A DNA stretch of 64,000 nt from Candidatus Dormiibacterota bacterium (GCA_963713485.1 CAVQLW010000005.1:333636-397635), one strand, 5' to 3'. Shown: positions 1 through 10,112, counted from the first letter of the stretch. Notes: generated by a model not told the origin, from the sequence alone. A program made the numbers and translations.

Positions 1-726
1 CGGCGGCGTCGCGCCGCGTTGCCGGACGCCGAGCCGGTGCGCATCGGCGTCGCGTTCGACGACGCGTTCTGCTTCTACTACCCCGAGAACCTCGAGCTCC
101 TCGAGGACGCCGGTGCTGACATCGTGACGTTCTCGCCGCTCGAGGATGCGGCGGTGCCGCGCGACCTCGGGTTGATCTACATGGGCGGCGGCATCTCCGA
201 GGCGTACGTCCCGAGGCTCGCGGGCAACCAGTCGTTTCTGGAGTTGTTCCGGCGCGCGCATGCCCACGGTGTGCCCGTGTATGCAGAGGGGTGCGGGCTG
301 CAGTACTGCGCGCGCACCCTGCGCACCAGCGCCGGTGAGCAGTACCGGATGGCGGGGCTCGTCCCCGTCGACATCGCGCTCGAGGCGGGCACGCTCCACA
401 GCGGCTATCGCGACCTCCGCATCGCGACGTCGTCGATGCTCGGTCCGGCCGGGACCCGGCTGCGCGGCCACGAGTTCCATTTCAGCCGGCTCCTGTCGGG
501 AGGCGACTGTCTCAACCCGGCCTACTCGATGCACGACTGCGACGGCGAACCGCTCGGATGCGAGGGGTGGACCGACCCACTCATGCTCGCGTCGTTCCTG
601 CACCTGCATTTCGGGCAGGAACAGGAGCTCGCCGGACGGCTGGTCGCGACGGCGAGGGAAGCCCTGGCGCGCTCTTCCGACGCAACGATCGCGGGCCGCG
701 GTAGCCGATTCGCCGCCCCGGTGTAG
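1..726 (+). CDS. cobB: cobyrinate a,c-diamide synthase (CobB/CbiA), C-terminal glutamine amidotransferase part; 5' end outside window
   Basis: ORF 19..726 is open to the left edge in the same frame. GVAFDDAFCFYYPENLELL, IYMGGG, YAEGCGLQY and GHEFHFS are typical of the CobB/CbiA GATase domain. Confidence 0.8.
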   Translation, partial: RRRRAALPDAEPVRIGVAFDDAFCFYYPENLELLEDAGADIVTFSPLEDAAVPRDLGLIYMGGGISEAYVPRLAGNQSFLELFRRAHAHGVPVYAEGCGLQYCARTLRTSAGEQYRMAGLVPVDIALEAGTLHSGYRDLRIATSSMLGPAGTRLRGHEFHFSRLLSGGDCLNPAYSMHDCDGEPLGCEGWTDPLMLASFLHLHFGQEQELAGRLVATAREALARSSDATIAGRGSRFAAPV

Positions 727-738
727 GCTTGGGACTCC

Positions 739-2139
739 ATGTCCCAGGTCCCGTCCACCATCGGTGAGCTGCGCCGCGCGGAATACCGCGTCCTGCCGGT
801 CAGGAACGAGCTGCGTCGCAACCTGATCCGCAAGCTGGGCAATCGCGAGGAGCTGTTCAGCGGGATCCGCGGTTACGACGACTCGGTGATACCGCAGATG
901 GAGAACGCGATCCTCGCGGGGCAGGACATGGTGCTGCTCGGCGAGCGTGGCCAGGCGAAGTCGCGTCTCATCCGGTCCCTGGTGACGCTGCTCGACGACG
1001 CGGTGCCGGCCATCGCGGGGTGCGAGATCAACGACGACCCGTACGCGCCGATCTGCCGCCGGTGCCGCGACCTCGTCGCGCAGAACGGCGACGCGACCGA
1101 GCTCATGTGGCTCACCCCCGACCAGCGGTACTCGGAGAAGCTCGCGACGCCCGACACGTCGATCGCCGACCTCATCGGCGAGGTGGACCCGATCAGGGTG
1201 GCGGAGGGCCGCTACCTGAGCGACGAGCTGACCATCCACTACGGGCTGATCCCCCGCACCAACCGCGGCATCTTCGCGATCAACGAGCTCCCCGACCTCG
1301 CCGAGCGGATCCAGGTGGGTCTGCTCAACATCATCGAGGAACGGGACGTGCAGATCCGCGGGTACCGGTTGCGCCTGCCGCTCGACGTGTTCGTCGTCGC
1401 GACCGCCAACCCCGAGGACTACACCAACCGCGGTCGCATCATCACGCCGCTCAAGGACCGCTTCGGCGCGCAGGTCCGTACCCACTACCCGCGCACGCTC
1501 GACGACGAGATCGCGATCGCCGAGCAGGAGCGCACCACCTTCGATGACACGCCCGTGCCGGTCACGGTTCCGGGGTTCATGCAGGAGATCGTCGCCGAGC
1601 TCTCCCACGTGGCACGCCGCCATCCGCAGGTGAATCAGCGCAGCGGCGTGTCGGTGCGGCTGACGACCGCGAACTACGAGAACCTTGCCGCCGGCGCGCT
1701 GCGCCGCGCCCTCCGCACGGGTGAGCGCGAGGCGGTGGCGCGCATCAGTGATCTGCCCGCGCTGAGCGCGTCCACGGCAGGGAAGATCGAGCTGGAGACC
1801 TGGGAGGACTCGGACGACGGCGCGGTGATCGAGAAGCTGCTGCGCACCGCGTGCAACAACGTCTTCCGGCGTCATTTCACGGTGCAGGAGTTCAGCGACC
1901 TGGTGCAGCGCTTCGACCGCGGCGGCTTCACCGTCGAAGTCGGTGACCAGCACCCGGTGACGCAGTACGCGCAGGCGCTTGCGGAGTTGCCCGGTGTCGA
2001 GCGCGCACGGCAGCGCCTCGGTGAGCCGGACTTCGACGCGATGCGCGTCGCGGTCCTCGAGTTCCTCCTCGAGGGGTTGCACCTCGGCAAGCGACTCAAC
2101 AAGACGGCGCTCGACGGCAACGCGGTGTATGGCGGCTGA
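739..2139 (+). CDS. ChlI/BchI-MoxR-type AAA+ ATPase (magnesium-chelatase-like)
   Basis: 466-aa ORF with a P-loop-like GERGQAKS, a Walker B region FAINELPDL, VVATANPEDY and GRIITPLKDRF. Its stop overlaps the next start (ATGGCGGCTGA). Confidence 0.8.
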   Translation: MSQVPSTIGELRRAEYRVLPVRNELRRNLIRKLGNREELFSGIRGYDDSVIPQMENAILAGQDMVLLGERGQAKSRLIRSLVTLLDDAVPAIAGCEINDDPYAPICRRCRDLVAQNGDATELMWLTPDQRYSEKLATPDTSIADLIGEVDPIRVAEGRYLSDELTIHYGLIPRTNRGIFAINELPDLAERIQVGLLNIIEERDVQIRGYRLRLPLDVFVVATANPEDYTNRGRIITPLKDRFGAQVRTHYPRTLDDEIAIAEQERTTFDDTPVPVTVPGFMQEIVAELSHVARRHPQVNQRSGVSVRLTTANYENLAAGALRRALRTGEREAVARISDLPALSASTAGKIELETWEDSDDGAVIEKLLRTACNNVFRRHFTVQEFSDLVQRFDRGGFTVEVGDQHPVTQYAQALAELPGVERARQRLGEPDFDAMRVAVLEFLLEGLHLGKRLNKTALDGNAVYGG

Positions 2140-4480
2140 GACGCCGGACGACACCCCGCGCGCGCCCCGTGACGATGAGCGGGGGGATGGCTTTGGAGCG
2201 CCCCATGACGCGCCCGCGGGAGGCGACTCCGCCAGTGACCTCGGGACGCAGGCAGATGAGACGTCGCGGATGGCGCCGCGCGTGGTTCCCATCTCCCGGC
2301 GCCATCGCTTCGCGGTGTGGGACGGCACCCAGGATCCGCTCAGCGACGACGCCGACGCGCTGTTCGACCGCCTGAGCGAGGACGTCTTCCACGGCTGGGA
2401 CTTCGAGACGGCGCTGCGCCGTCTCTTGAGCCAGGGGTGGCGCGATCGAGATGGAAAGAAGTTCGCCGGCCTCGAGGAGTTGATGGAGCGCCTGCGCCGC
2501 CAGCGGCAGCAGCAGCTCGAGCGGTACAGCCTCGACAACGTCTTCAAGGACATCGAGGAGAAGCTCGACAACGTGCTGCGACTTGAGCGTGAGGGGATCG
2601 ACGAACGCATGCGTAGCGCCACCGACGAGCGCGCGCAGCGCATCCTCGAACGCGTCGCGCGCAAGCGGCGCGAGCAGCTCGATCACCTCCCTCAGGAGCC
2701 GGGCGGGGCGATCCGCGAGCTCCAGGGCTACGAGTTCATGGACCAGCGCGCCGAGCAGGCGTTTCAGCGTCTCCTCGAGGAGATCAAGCAGAACGTCGTC
2801 AACACGTACTTCAAACAGATGGCCGAGCAGATGGGCCAGATGTCGCAGCAGGACCTCAGCGCGCTCCGCGAGATGGCTCGCGACCTCAACGCTCTCGTGC
2901 GTCAGAAGCTCGAGGGTGTCCCCGAGGCACAGCTGCAGCACAACTACGAGGATTTCCTCAAGAAGTGGGGCTCGATGTTCCCGGACGCGCCGGCGACATT
3001 CGACGAGTTCCTCGCGCAGCTGGCAGCACAGATGGCACGCATGGACTCGCTCATGCAGTCGCTCTCACCCGAGATGCGCCATCAGCTCGAGGAGATGATC
3101 TCGTCGACGTTCAACGACCCCGAGCTCCAGGCGCAGCTTGCCGAGCTCATGGGCGGTCTCGAGCTGCTCTCCGACCGGCGCCATCTCGGTCAGCGGTACT
3201 CGTTCTTCGGTGGCGAGCAACTTCCGTTCGACGAGGCGATGGGCGTGATGGACCGCCTGCAGTCGATCGAGGAGCTCGAGCGGGGGCTGCGCGGCATGTA
3301 TCGCGGTGAGCCGCTCGACAGCGCGACCGAGGAGGCCCTGCGCGACGTCCTCGGTGACAATGCGGCGCGCGACCTTGCTCGCCTGCAGCGCATGACGGAC
3401 CGTCTCGAGCAGCGAGGCCTCATCGAGCGCGACGAGGAGGGGATGAAGCTCACCGCGCGCGGGTTGCGGCGCATCGGACAGAAGGCGCTCGGTGATCTCT
3501 TCGCGCGGTTGCGGCGTGATCGCTTCGGGGACCATCCCGTGTCGCGGCACGGGCAAGGAGGGGAACGCGAGGAGGACACGAAGTCCTACGAATTCGGAGA
3601 CGTGTTCGATCTCGACGTGCGAGAGACGCTCATGAACGCCGTGCGGCGGGCCGCGGACGACGGCTCGGCGGGGGCACCTGCAGCCGAGGGCGCGGGGACG
3701 GGGATGCCGGCTCCGGCGACTCCCCTGGCTATGTCGCCTACGCCGGCATCCCCATCCCCTCCGACGTCACTGGATGCGGCCTCGCCGACCCGTCCGCGGT
3801 CGATCGACACGGCGTCCCCATCGTCCTTGCTCGATGCGGTATCCACATCCCCGTCGGCATCACCCGCCTCCTCCTCGCCGAGCGGGCGGCGGCGTGCCGT
3901 GCCTCGACTCGAGCCGGACGATTTCGTCGTGCATCGCTCGGATACGCTGACGCGGTCGGCGACGGTGCTGATGCTCGATATGAGCCGGTCGATGCCGCTG
4001 CGGGGGTATTTCTATGCGGCGAAGAAGGTTGCGCTTGCGCTTGATTCGCTGATTCGCAGCTCGTATCCGCGTGACACGCTGCACATCATCGGGTTCAGCG
4101 ACCTGGCGCGGGAGATCAGCCCGGCGGCGCTGCCGCATCTGTCGGTGAACGAGTACGTGTACGGCACCAACATGCAGCACGGGTTGATGCTGGCGCGGCG
4201 GCTGCTGGCGCGCGATCCGGGGGAGAACAAGCAGATCATCATCGTGAGCGACGGTGAGCCGACCGCGCACATCGAGAACGGGCGTCCGGTGTTCTTCTAT
4301 CCGCCGTTGCCGGAGACGTTCCACAAGACATTGCTCGAGGTGAAGCGCTGCACGCGGGAGCACATCGTCATCAATACGTTCATGCTCGAGTTCGAATCAT
4401 CACCTCGTGCAGTTCGTGAATCAGATGACGCGGCTCAACCGCGGGCGCGCGTTCTTCATCAGCCCGGACCGGCTCGGTGA
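2129..4480 (+). CDS. VWA-domain protein (COG4867-like partner of the AAA+ ATPase); C-terminal tail frameshifted
   Basis: ATG at 2129 lies in the frame of ORF 1979..4480. VWA/MIDAS region VLMLDMSRSMPLRG ... IIIVSDGEPTAH, plus a P/S/T/A-rich linker at about 3640-3900. The conserved tail HHLVQFVNQMTRLNRGRAFFISPDRLGDYVLVDYV continues in another frame to the stop at 4524-4526. The shift is at 4388-4394. Confidence 0.8.
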   Translation: MAAETPDDTPRAPRDDERGDGFGAPHDAPAGGDSASDLGTQADETSRMAPRVVPISRRHRFAVWDGTQDPLSDDADALFDRLSEDVFHGWDFETALRRLLSQGWRDRDGKKFAGLEELMERLRRQRQQQLERYSLDNVFKDIEEKLDNVLRLEREGIDERMRSATDERAQRILERVARKRREQLDHLPQEPGGAIRELQGYEFMDQRAEQAFQRLLEEIKQNVVNTYFKQMAEQMGQMSQQDLSALREMARDLNALVRQKLEGVPEAQLQHNYEDFLKKWGSMFPDAPATFDEFLAQLAAQMARMDSLMQSLSPEMRHQLEEMISSTFNDPELQAQLAELMGGLELLSDRRHLGQRYSFFGGEQLPFDEAMGVMDRLQSIEELERGLRGMYRGEPLDSATEEALRDVLGDNAARDLARLQRMTDRLEQRGLIERDEEGMKLTARGLRRIGQKALGDLFARLRRDRFGDHPVSRHGQGGEREEDTKSYEFGDVFDLDVRETLMNAVRRAADDGSAGAPAAEGAGTGMPAPATPLAMSPTPASPSPPTSLDAASPTRPRSIDTASPSSLLDAVSTSPSASPASSSPSGRRRAVPRLEPDDFVVHRSDTLTRSATVLMLDMSRSMPLRGYFYAAKKVALALDSLIRSSYPRDTLHIIGFSDLAREISPAALPHLSVNEYVYGTNMQHGLMLARRLLARDPGENKQIIIVSDGEPTAHIENGRPVFFYPPLPETFHKTLLEVKRCTREHIVINTFMLEFESSPRAVRESDDAAQPRARVLHQPGPAR

Positions 4481-4531
4481 CTACGTGCTCGTGGACTACG
4501 TGAGCTCGAAACGGGGGGCGGCATAGGCGGG

Positions 4532-5377
4532 GTGGACACCCAGCGCATCGATCGGGGGGCGTTCGCCGAGCGGGTCCGTCTGCAACTCACCGCGCGATAT
4601 CACGCAGCGCACGTCGAGGTCGACAGCGCACGGTTCGGTCTGCACATCACCGGATCCGGCATCGATCTGTCGCTGCCACTTGCACCACTCCACCATGCGT
4701 GCGAGCGCCGGCCGGACCGGGTGCCCGCGCTGATCGCCGAGTACGTGGCCTCAATCGAGCATCAGATCACCCCGCAGCCCGCGGTGAAGCTCTCGACGTC
4801 GAGGCTGCTCTGGTGTGTCCGCACCGACCGTTCGATCGAGGGCCACGGGCGCGCCGGTGACCTGCTGCGGGCACACATCGGCGCCGACATGACCGCGTTC
4901 GTCGCCGAGGAGCTCCCGGGGTCGGTCATGCGAGGAGTGCCACGGGATGAGTGGGTGGCCGCCGGCCTCGGCGATCACGACGTGCAGCAGGTGGCGAACG
5001 AGAACACCGCGCGGCGGTTCGAACCGCTGATCGGCCGCCTCGTGCGCACCGACCGCATCCCCGCCGATGGCTGGCGCGTGGCGTCCGAGCCGCTGTTTCA
5101 GGGAAGCCTGCTCATGGCGCCGGCGGTGCTCGCCGCGTTCGCCGAGCGTGCCGGAGGTGACGTGATGCTCGCCGTGCCGGATCGGGGTGTCGTCCTGGCG
5201 CTCCCGGCGGCTCTGCCGTCGGCCGAGCGATTCGAGCGCCGGGCGCTCCGGGAGTGGCGTGAGGCGCTCAACCCATGCTCGCGGGAGCTGCTCCTCACCG
5301 ATGGCCGATCGCTGCGCGCGATGTCGCGCCGATCGAAGGTGTCAGGCCCGGTGGTCCTGCCCTGGCTCGCTGAGTAG
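4532..5377 (+). CDS. hypothetical protein
   Basis: 281-aa ORF with a GTG start and G/C-rich third codon positions. No motif I can name with confidence. Confidence 0.55.
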   Translation: MDTQRIDRGAFAERVRLQLTARYHAAHVEVDSARFGLHITGSGIDLSLPLAPLHHACERRPDRVPALIAEYVASIEHQITPQPAVKLSTSRLLWCVRTDRSIEGHGRAGDLLRAHIGADMTAFVAEELPGSVMRGVPRDEWVAAGLGDHDVQQVANENTARRFEPLIGRLVRTDRIPADGWRVASEPLFQGSLLMAPAVLAAFAERAGGDVMLAVPDRGVVLALPAALPSAERFERRALREWREALNPCSRELLLTDGRSLRAMSRRSKVSGPVVLPWLAE

Positions 5378-5746
5378 GAGCGAGGTGCCGGATTCGAGCC
5401 GTCGCGCCTCCTGGCTCGCCACGAGGGCGCCCGCTGCACCGATCGCCACGGCCGCCGCAAACCCGACGAGCGTGCGAACAGCCGTCCTGCTCGCGTGACC
5501 GCGAGTGGGGAGTCCTGGAAGCGCCGGCCCCTCGCCGAACCAGAGGGTCATCGCGGTCTGGTCCGCCATGACGCCGTCACCGGCGCGAACCCTGCTTCGC
5601 TCGATGCGCACGGCGGCCGGACGCGGGCCGCGCCAGCGGCGCCGGTCGAGCAGGCCGGGAGCTGCGCGGAGCGCGCCACTGCTCGCGATCGCGCGCGCCA
5701 CAGCCACCGCACGCTCCGACGTCGGCTTGAGGCGAGACGTCGGCAT
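5342..5746 (-). CDS. hypothetical small membrane protein
   Basis: 134-aa ORF with G/C-rich third codon positions and one hydrophobic helix (LVGFAAAVAIGAAGALVA). It overlaps the convergent upstream gene by 36 nt, so the call is uncertain. Confidence 0.35.
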   Translation of the reverse strand: MPTSRLKPTSERAVAVARAIASSGALRAAPGLLDRRRWRGPRPAAVRIERSRVRAGDGVMADQTAMTLWFGEGPALPGLPTRGHASRTAVRTLVGFAAAVAIGAAGALVASQEARRLESGTSLLLSEPGQDHRA

Positions 5747-5763
5747 GGCACGACAGGATAGCG

Positions 5764-6504
5764 TTGCCGGAGATGACCCTGAACGATGACCTTCCCGGCC
5801 GCATCGAGGCGAGCTTCATCGGGGCGCTCGCCGGCGAGCAGGCGTCCGGGACCGCCGCGGGGACGGCCGACCTGGTCGGTGTCGCCGAGTCCGCCGCGGC
5901 GTGCGGAGGATTCAACGACGCGGACCTGCGCCATCGAGGGCTCGAGCGTCCTTCGCGCGCCGGTGCCGCGGGGTTACTCCTCCGGGCGCTCCCGTTCGGC
6001 CTGCTGAGCCCCCTCGATCGACCGCGCCTCCGTCGCGACGCCTACCGCTGCGTGGCGCTGGCGGGCGCGGATGAGGGAACCGCGGTCACCGCGGTCGCCG
6101 CGGCGCTGCTCATCGCCGACCTGCTCCGGTTCGACCTGGAGACGTCGCTCATCCGCGTGCGGCAATCGCTCCTCGAGGATGCGCCGATGGCGCTGCTCGA
6201 TCGGCTCCGTGTCATCGAGCCGGGGGCGACGCCGGGCGACGCGTCCGACCCCGACCCGGGGCTCACCCTTCAGCGCGCCATCTCCGCGCTGGCGGCCGCG
6301 AACCCGTTCGACGGTGTCCTCGCCGCGGCCGCGGGCGGCACTGCGGTTGCGGCGAGCCTTGCCGGCGCGCTTGTCGGGGCTCGCGACGGCGTTGATGCGG
6401 TGTCCGGTGTCGATCGGGATCATCTCCCTCATGCGGAGCGCGCGCTGGGCGTCGCGCACCGGCTCGCGGACGCGGCGGTGGGATCGCTGACCGCGCTTCC
6501 CTAG
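5764..6504 (+). CDS. possible ADP-ribosylglycohydrolase-family protein (divergent)
   Basis: 246-aa Ala/Gly-rich ORF. The C-terminal SLAGALVGARDG resembles the conserved glycohydrolase C-terminal motif. An alternative ATG lies at 5773. Confidence 0.4.
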   Translation: MPEMTLNDDLPGRIEASFIGALAGEQASGTAAGTADLVGVAESAAACGGFNDADLRHRGLERPSRAGAAGLLLRALPFGLLSPLDRPRLRRDAYRCVALAGADEGTAVTAVAAALLIADLLRFDLETSLIRVRQSLLEDAPMALLDRLRVIEPGATPGDASDPDPGLTLQRAISALAAANPFDGVLAAAAGGTAVAASLAGALVGARDGVDAVSGVDRDHLPHAERALGVAHRLADAAVGSLTALP

Positions 6505-6908
6505 CACGCGGCGTCCACGCCGCTGTCCACCTGCCAGGTGCCGTCCGATCCCTGCACGACGTCAAGGGTGAATGACCCGGACCGGACGGATGTCGACGAT
6601 CCCGAGCTCCCGACGACACTCCAGCCCGTCGTCGGGAGGTCCGGCCACAGGCTCCCGTGCGTGGTGAACCATTGCGCCGCGGCGATGGCCGAGGCCTGTC
6701 CGCCCGTGTCGTGGGCGAGCGAGAGGCTGAAGGCGCGGGCATGAGCGCACGGAGGCGAGGATGCGGATGGACCCGTCGCGGTGCCCGCCTGTGCGCCGCA
6801 GGCGCTGAGTCCGGCGACTATCGCAACGAGCCCGAGGCGAAGCGCACGGCCGGAACCCATCGCTGAGGTGATGCCACCGGCATACGGTGTGGCGGGCCGT
6901 GCCCTCAT
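6501..6908 (-). CDS. putative lipoprotein
   Basis: Signal peptide with lipobox LVAIVAGLSAC. The start overlaps the stop of the upstream gene (ATGA). Confidence 0.6.
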   Translation of the reverse strand: MRARPATPYAGGITSAMGSGRALRLGLVAIVAGLSACGAQAGTATGPSASSPPCAHARAFSLSLAHDTGGQASAIAAAQWFTTHGSLWPDLPTTGWSVVGSSGSSTSVRSGSFTLDVVQGSDGTWQVDSGVDAAC

Positions 6909-7474
6909 GGGTACTGCTGCGGCGCGAGTTCGCCCATGAGCGTCAGGAAGTTGTTGTAGAAGCTGGGATTCCCGTTCTCAGAGGCGGCGATCCGTCCGTT
7001 GTCAAGAGTTTGACATCCGCTGTCGCTGAACCAGAGGTCGACGTTGGCGCGGCCGGCGTACGCGAATGCGATGATCGAAGCCGAGCCCAGGCCTGCGGGG
7101 CAGTGGTAGGTGCCCTGGGGCGCTGCCGTGCTGATCGCGTCGATGACGGCGGCCAGGCGGACGGCATCACTGGTGGCAAGTGCGACGCTCGCGTAGAGCG
7201 ACCCGCGGACTTTGGTCTCAGGAGTTGCTGGAAAACTGGACCAGTAGCGGCAGATCAGGGCGCTGACCGGGCCCGGGGGAACGAGCTCATCGCCCGTGTA
7301 CGAGTTCACGACATCCTGAGCTCCCCCGAGCTCCGCGGGGCAACCATTCGCCACCGTGACACGGACCGGCGCCTGACCGAGTGAGCTCAACCACGGTGCG
7401 CTCGCGCACGAAGTGGTCATCGCGATGGCGACAGCCAGCAGCGGGAGGAACGTCGCCGTGAGTGGGGACTTCAT
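6905..7474 (-). CDS. putative secreted protein or lipoprotein
   Basis: Internal Met of ORF 6905..7528 gives MKSPLTATFLPLLAVAIAMTTSC (signal peptide plus lipobox-like Cys). Confidence 0.55.
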   Translation of the reverse strand: MKSPLTATFLPLLAVAIAMTTSCASAPWLSSLGQAPVRVTVANGCPAELGGAQDVVNSYTGDELVPPGPVSALICRYWSSFPATPETKVRGSLYASVALATSDAVRLAAVIDAISTAAPQGTYHCPAGLGSASIIAFAYAGRANVDLWFSDSGCQTLDNGRIAASENGNPSFYNNFLTLMGELAPQQYP

Positions 7475-7772
7475 GTCAACGCAGTCGGTGTGAAGCGAGC
7501 GGATCTCCTTTGTGAGATACGCATTCAACGCTTTCCTGGTTCCTTCCTGCGATACTCGCGGCCATCATGTTCGACCTCACCTCGACAGTGGTCATCGGCC
7601 GACCGCGGTCGGTTGAGTACGAGGGGCTGACGGATTTCGAGAGCTACCTCGGAGGACGCGGAGTTGCCGGGCCCCTGCAGATCTCGAACGCTCCAAGGCA
7701 CTGGTGGAGAACGACCACCGATCTGCACCACCCGCAGCGCCGTAGCCGCGGGATCGATCAACGAGAATCGAA

Positions 7773-8810
7773 GTGATGGAGACGCGCAGCTACTTCCCCG
7801 CGGCCGATCGTTACGCATCGATGAGCTACCGCCGCTGCGGACGCAGCGGGCTTCTGCTCCCCGCCATCTCGCTCGGGCTGTGGCAGAACTTCGGGGATGG
7901 CCGCTCGATCGACGGACAGCGCGCCATCCTGCGCCGCGCCTTCGACCTCGGCATCACCCACTTCGACCTGGCCAACAACTACGGACCCCCCTACGGCAGC
8001 GCCGAGACGAACTTCGGTCGCATCCTGCGCTCGGACTTCCGCGCGCTCCGTGATGAGCTGGTGATCTCGACCAAAGCCGGATGGGATATGTGGCCCGGAC
8101 CGTACGGCGATCGTGGCTCCCGCAAGTACCTCCTCGCGAGCCTTGATCAGAGCCTGCAGCGCCTGGGCGTCGACTACGTCGACATCTTCTATCACCACCG
8201 CTTCGACCCGACCACCCCGCTCGAGGAATCGCTCGGTGCACTGCACACGGCAGTTCAGCAGGGCAAGGCCCTGTACGTCGGCATCTCTTCCTACTCCGAC
8301 CGTCGCACGTCTGAGGCCATCGCGATCCTTCGCAGGTTGGGCACGCCGTTGCTCATCCACCAACCGTCGTACTCGATGCTCAACCGCTGGATCGAGCATG
8401 GCCTGCTCGATGTTCTCGGTACCGAGGGCGTCGGGTGCATCGCGTTCTCGCCGCTCGCTCAGGGGCTGCTGACCGATCGGTACCTCAACGGCATTCCCGA
8501 AGGCTCCCGCGCTCGCGAGAACTCGACGCTCACCGACGACATGGTGAACGAAGGAACCATGGCGCACGTGCGCGCGCTGACCGCGATCGCGGAACGCCGC
8601 GGTCAGAGCCTCGCGCAGATGGCGCTCGCCTGGGCGCTGCGCGACTCACGTGTCACGTCGGTTCTCATCGGCGCGAGCCGCGTCCGCCAGCTCGAGCAGA
8701 ACGTCGCCGCACTCGACCACATGGCCTTCTCTGCCGACGAGCTCGCCGAAATCGATCACCATGCGGTCGAGAGCGGCATCGACCTGTGGCGGGACCCGTC
8801 GACGGCTTGA
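7773..8810 (+). CDS. aldo/keto reductase (YghZ / L-glyceraldehyde-3-phosphate reductase-like)
   Basis: GLWQNFG, ITHFDLANNYGPPYGSAE, VISTKAG, LDYVDIFYHHRFD, GKALYVGISSYS and IGASRVRQLEQN are hallmark AKR motifs. Confidence 0.85.
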   Translation: MMETRSYFPAADRYASMSYRRCGRSGLLLPAISLGLWQNFGDGRSIDGQRAILRRAFDLGITHFDLANNYGPPYGSAETNFGRILRSDFRALRDELVISTKAGWDMWPGPYGDRGSRKYLLASLDQSLQRLGVDYVDIFYHHRFDPTTPLEESLGALHTAVQQGKALYVGISSYSDRRTSEAIAILRRLGTPLLIHQPSYSMLNRWIEHGLLDVLGTEGVGCIAFSPLAQGLLTDRYLNGIPEGSRARENSTLTDDMVNEGTMAHVRALTAIAERRGQSLAQMALAWALRDSRVTSVLIGASRVRQLEQNVAALDHMAFSADELAEIDHHAVESGIDLWRDPSTA

Positions 8811-8869
8811 CGCTGTGTCCTCCAAGTAAGGAATCAGCGCGTCGCTGAATTCGAACATCGCCTTGGCGG

Positions 8870-9499
8870 TCAGCTGTTCAGCAGCCGTGCCTTCTGCGTT
8901 GCGAACTCCTCGTCGGTCAGGATCCCGGCGTCGCGCAGGTCCGCAAGCTTCTTGATCTGATCCAGCGGGTCGGGCGCGGCCATCATCGGTGTCCCGCCCA
9001 TCAGCTGGCCGCCGATCACCACATTGCCGGGCACCCCGCCCTGTGCCATCGCATTGCGCTGCATCTGGGATATCGCCTCGATGTCGACTCCCGCACCCTT
9101 CATCGCGGCGGCGATCATCGGGTTCGCGGCCGCCATCTCGTCGATGGTCCCCTGCTGAAAGACGCCGTTCCAGTCGATGGCGACGCGGTCCGCCTTCTTC
9201 GGATCGACGAGCACTTCGCAGACGCTGCCTCCGGTCATGTACCGAATCTTCGGATCGGGTACCGGCAGCGTCACCTTCGCGACATACGGGTCACGGCCGG
9301 GCAGCTCGACTCGGAGCTCCAGCTTGTACTTGTTCATCGTCAGCTCACCCGTGAAGAGCGCCTCGACCTTCTTCTGGCGCATGGTCCCCGAGTACTCCAT
9401 CCGCATCGCCATCTGTGCTTTCTCGACGGTCGCCTTGCCTCTGATGCCGTGCTCGAGCAGGTCGTCAGGCACGGCCGTCTTGTGCGTGATGAACCCCAT
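8870..9499 (-). CDS. SHOCT-domain protein
   Basis: C-terminal IKKLADLRDAGILTDEEFATQKARLL is a SHOCT motif. Confidence 0.7.
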   Translation of the reverse strand: MGFITHKTAVPDDLLEHGIRGKATVEKAQMAMRMEYSGTMRQKKVEALFTGELTMNKYKLELRVELPGRDPYVAKVTLPVPDPKIRYMTGGSVCEVLVDPKKADRVAIDWNGVFQQGTIDEMAAANPMIAAAMKGAGVDIEAISQMQRNAMAQGGVPGNVVIGGQLMGGTPMMAAPDPLDQIKKLADLRDAGILTDEEFATQKARLLNS

Positions 9500-9509
9500 C
9501 GTGATCTCC

Positions 9510-10112
9510 TCAGCCTGCCGCGAGAATGCGCTGTTTCTGCTGCTCGAACTCCTCGGGCGTCAGCGCTCCCCTGTCGCGCAGGTCGGCGAGCTGTTGGAGG
9601 CGTGACGCCATGTCGCCACCGCCCGCACCGACAGGGGCTGTGGATGTGGCGACGGCGCCCGCGCCGGCGCTCCACACGAGCGCCTCGTCGGGGTTCTGCG
9701 GGTTGATGCGGATCGTCAGCTGAGCACCCGGCGCGTACGCCGCGAGGTCCCCGACGATCTCCTGCTTGACCGTGACTGCGCGCGGCGCACCCGGGCCCGA
9801 CGTGACGTTCACGTCGATCTCCATCCTGGTGCTCATACCGCTCATGCCGGCGCCGAGGTTCCTCGCGCTCACCACCGTCCCGGTGCCGTTCACGCCGAGA
9901 GCATTGATCCGCTGGATCCGGTCGCGAGTCTCGATCATCTCCTGGACGTTCATGCCGCCGGCGCCGCCCATGGCCAGCTGCGCCTGGGCGTTCATGCCGC
10001 CCTGGCCCATGGCCGCCATCCGCCGCGCCTGCAGCTCGGCAGCATGCTGGATCGCCGCCGCCCGGGCGTCGACCGTCCGCTGCTCCGCGTCCTTCCGGTT
10101 GAACAACCCCAT
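9510..10112 (-). CDS. SHOCT-domain protein (paralog of the preceding gene)
   Basis: Internal Met (MGLFNRKD) of ORF 9510..10382. C-terminal LQQLADLRDRGALTPEEFEQQKQRIL is a SHOCT motif. Start choice is uncertain (alternative at 10133). Confidence 0.65.
   Translation of the reverse strand: MGLFNRKDAEQRTVDARAAAIQHAAELQARRMAAMGQGGMNAQAQLAMGGAGGMNVQEMIETRDRIQRINALGVNGTGTVVSARNLGAGMSGMSTRMEIDVNVTSGPGAPRAVTVKQEIVGDLAAYAPGAQLTIRINPQNPDEALVWSAGAGAVATSTAPVGAGGGDMASRLQQLADLRDRGALTPEEFEQQKQRILAAG

Noticed and set aside
1979-2128. Upstream extension of the VWA ORF overlapping the ATPase gene by 160 nt
   Set aside because: The extension is out-of-frame read-through of the ATPase 3' end (Ser/Arg-rich). The ATG at 2129, overlapping the ATPase stop, is the sensible start.
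3640-3900. Low-complexity P/S/T/A-coding stretches (also 24540-24720) as nucleotide repeats or mobile insertions
   Set aside because: They are in frame within long ORFs and show only compositional bias, not discrete repeat units. Interpreted as disordered linkers or tails.
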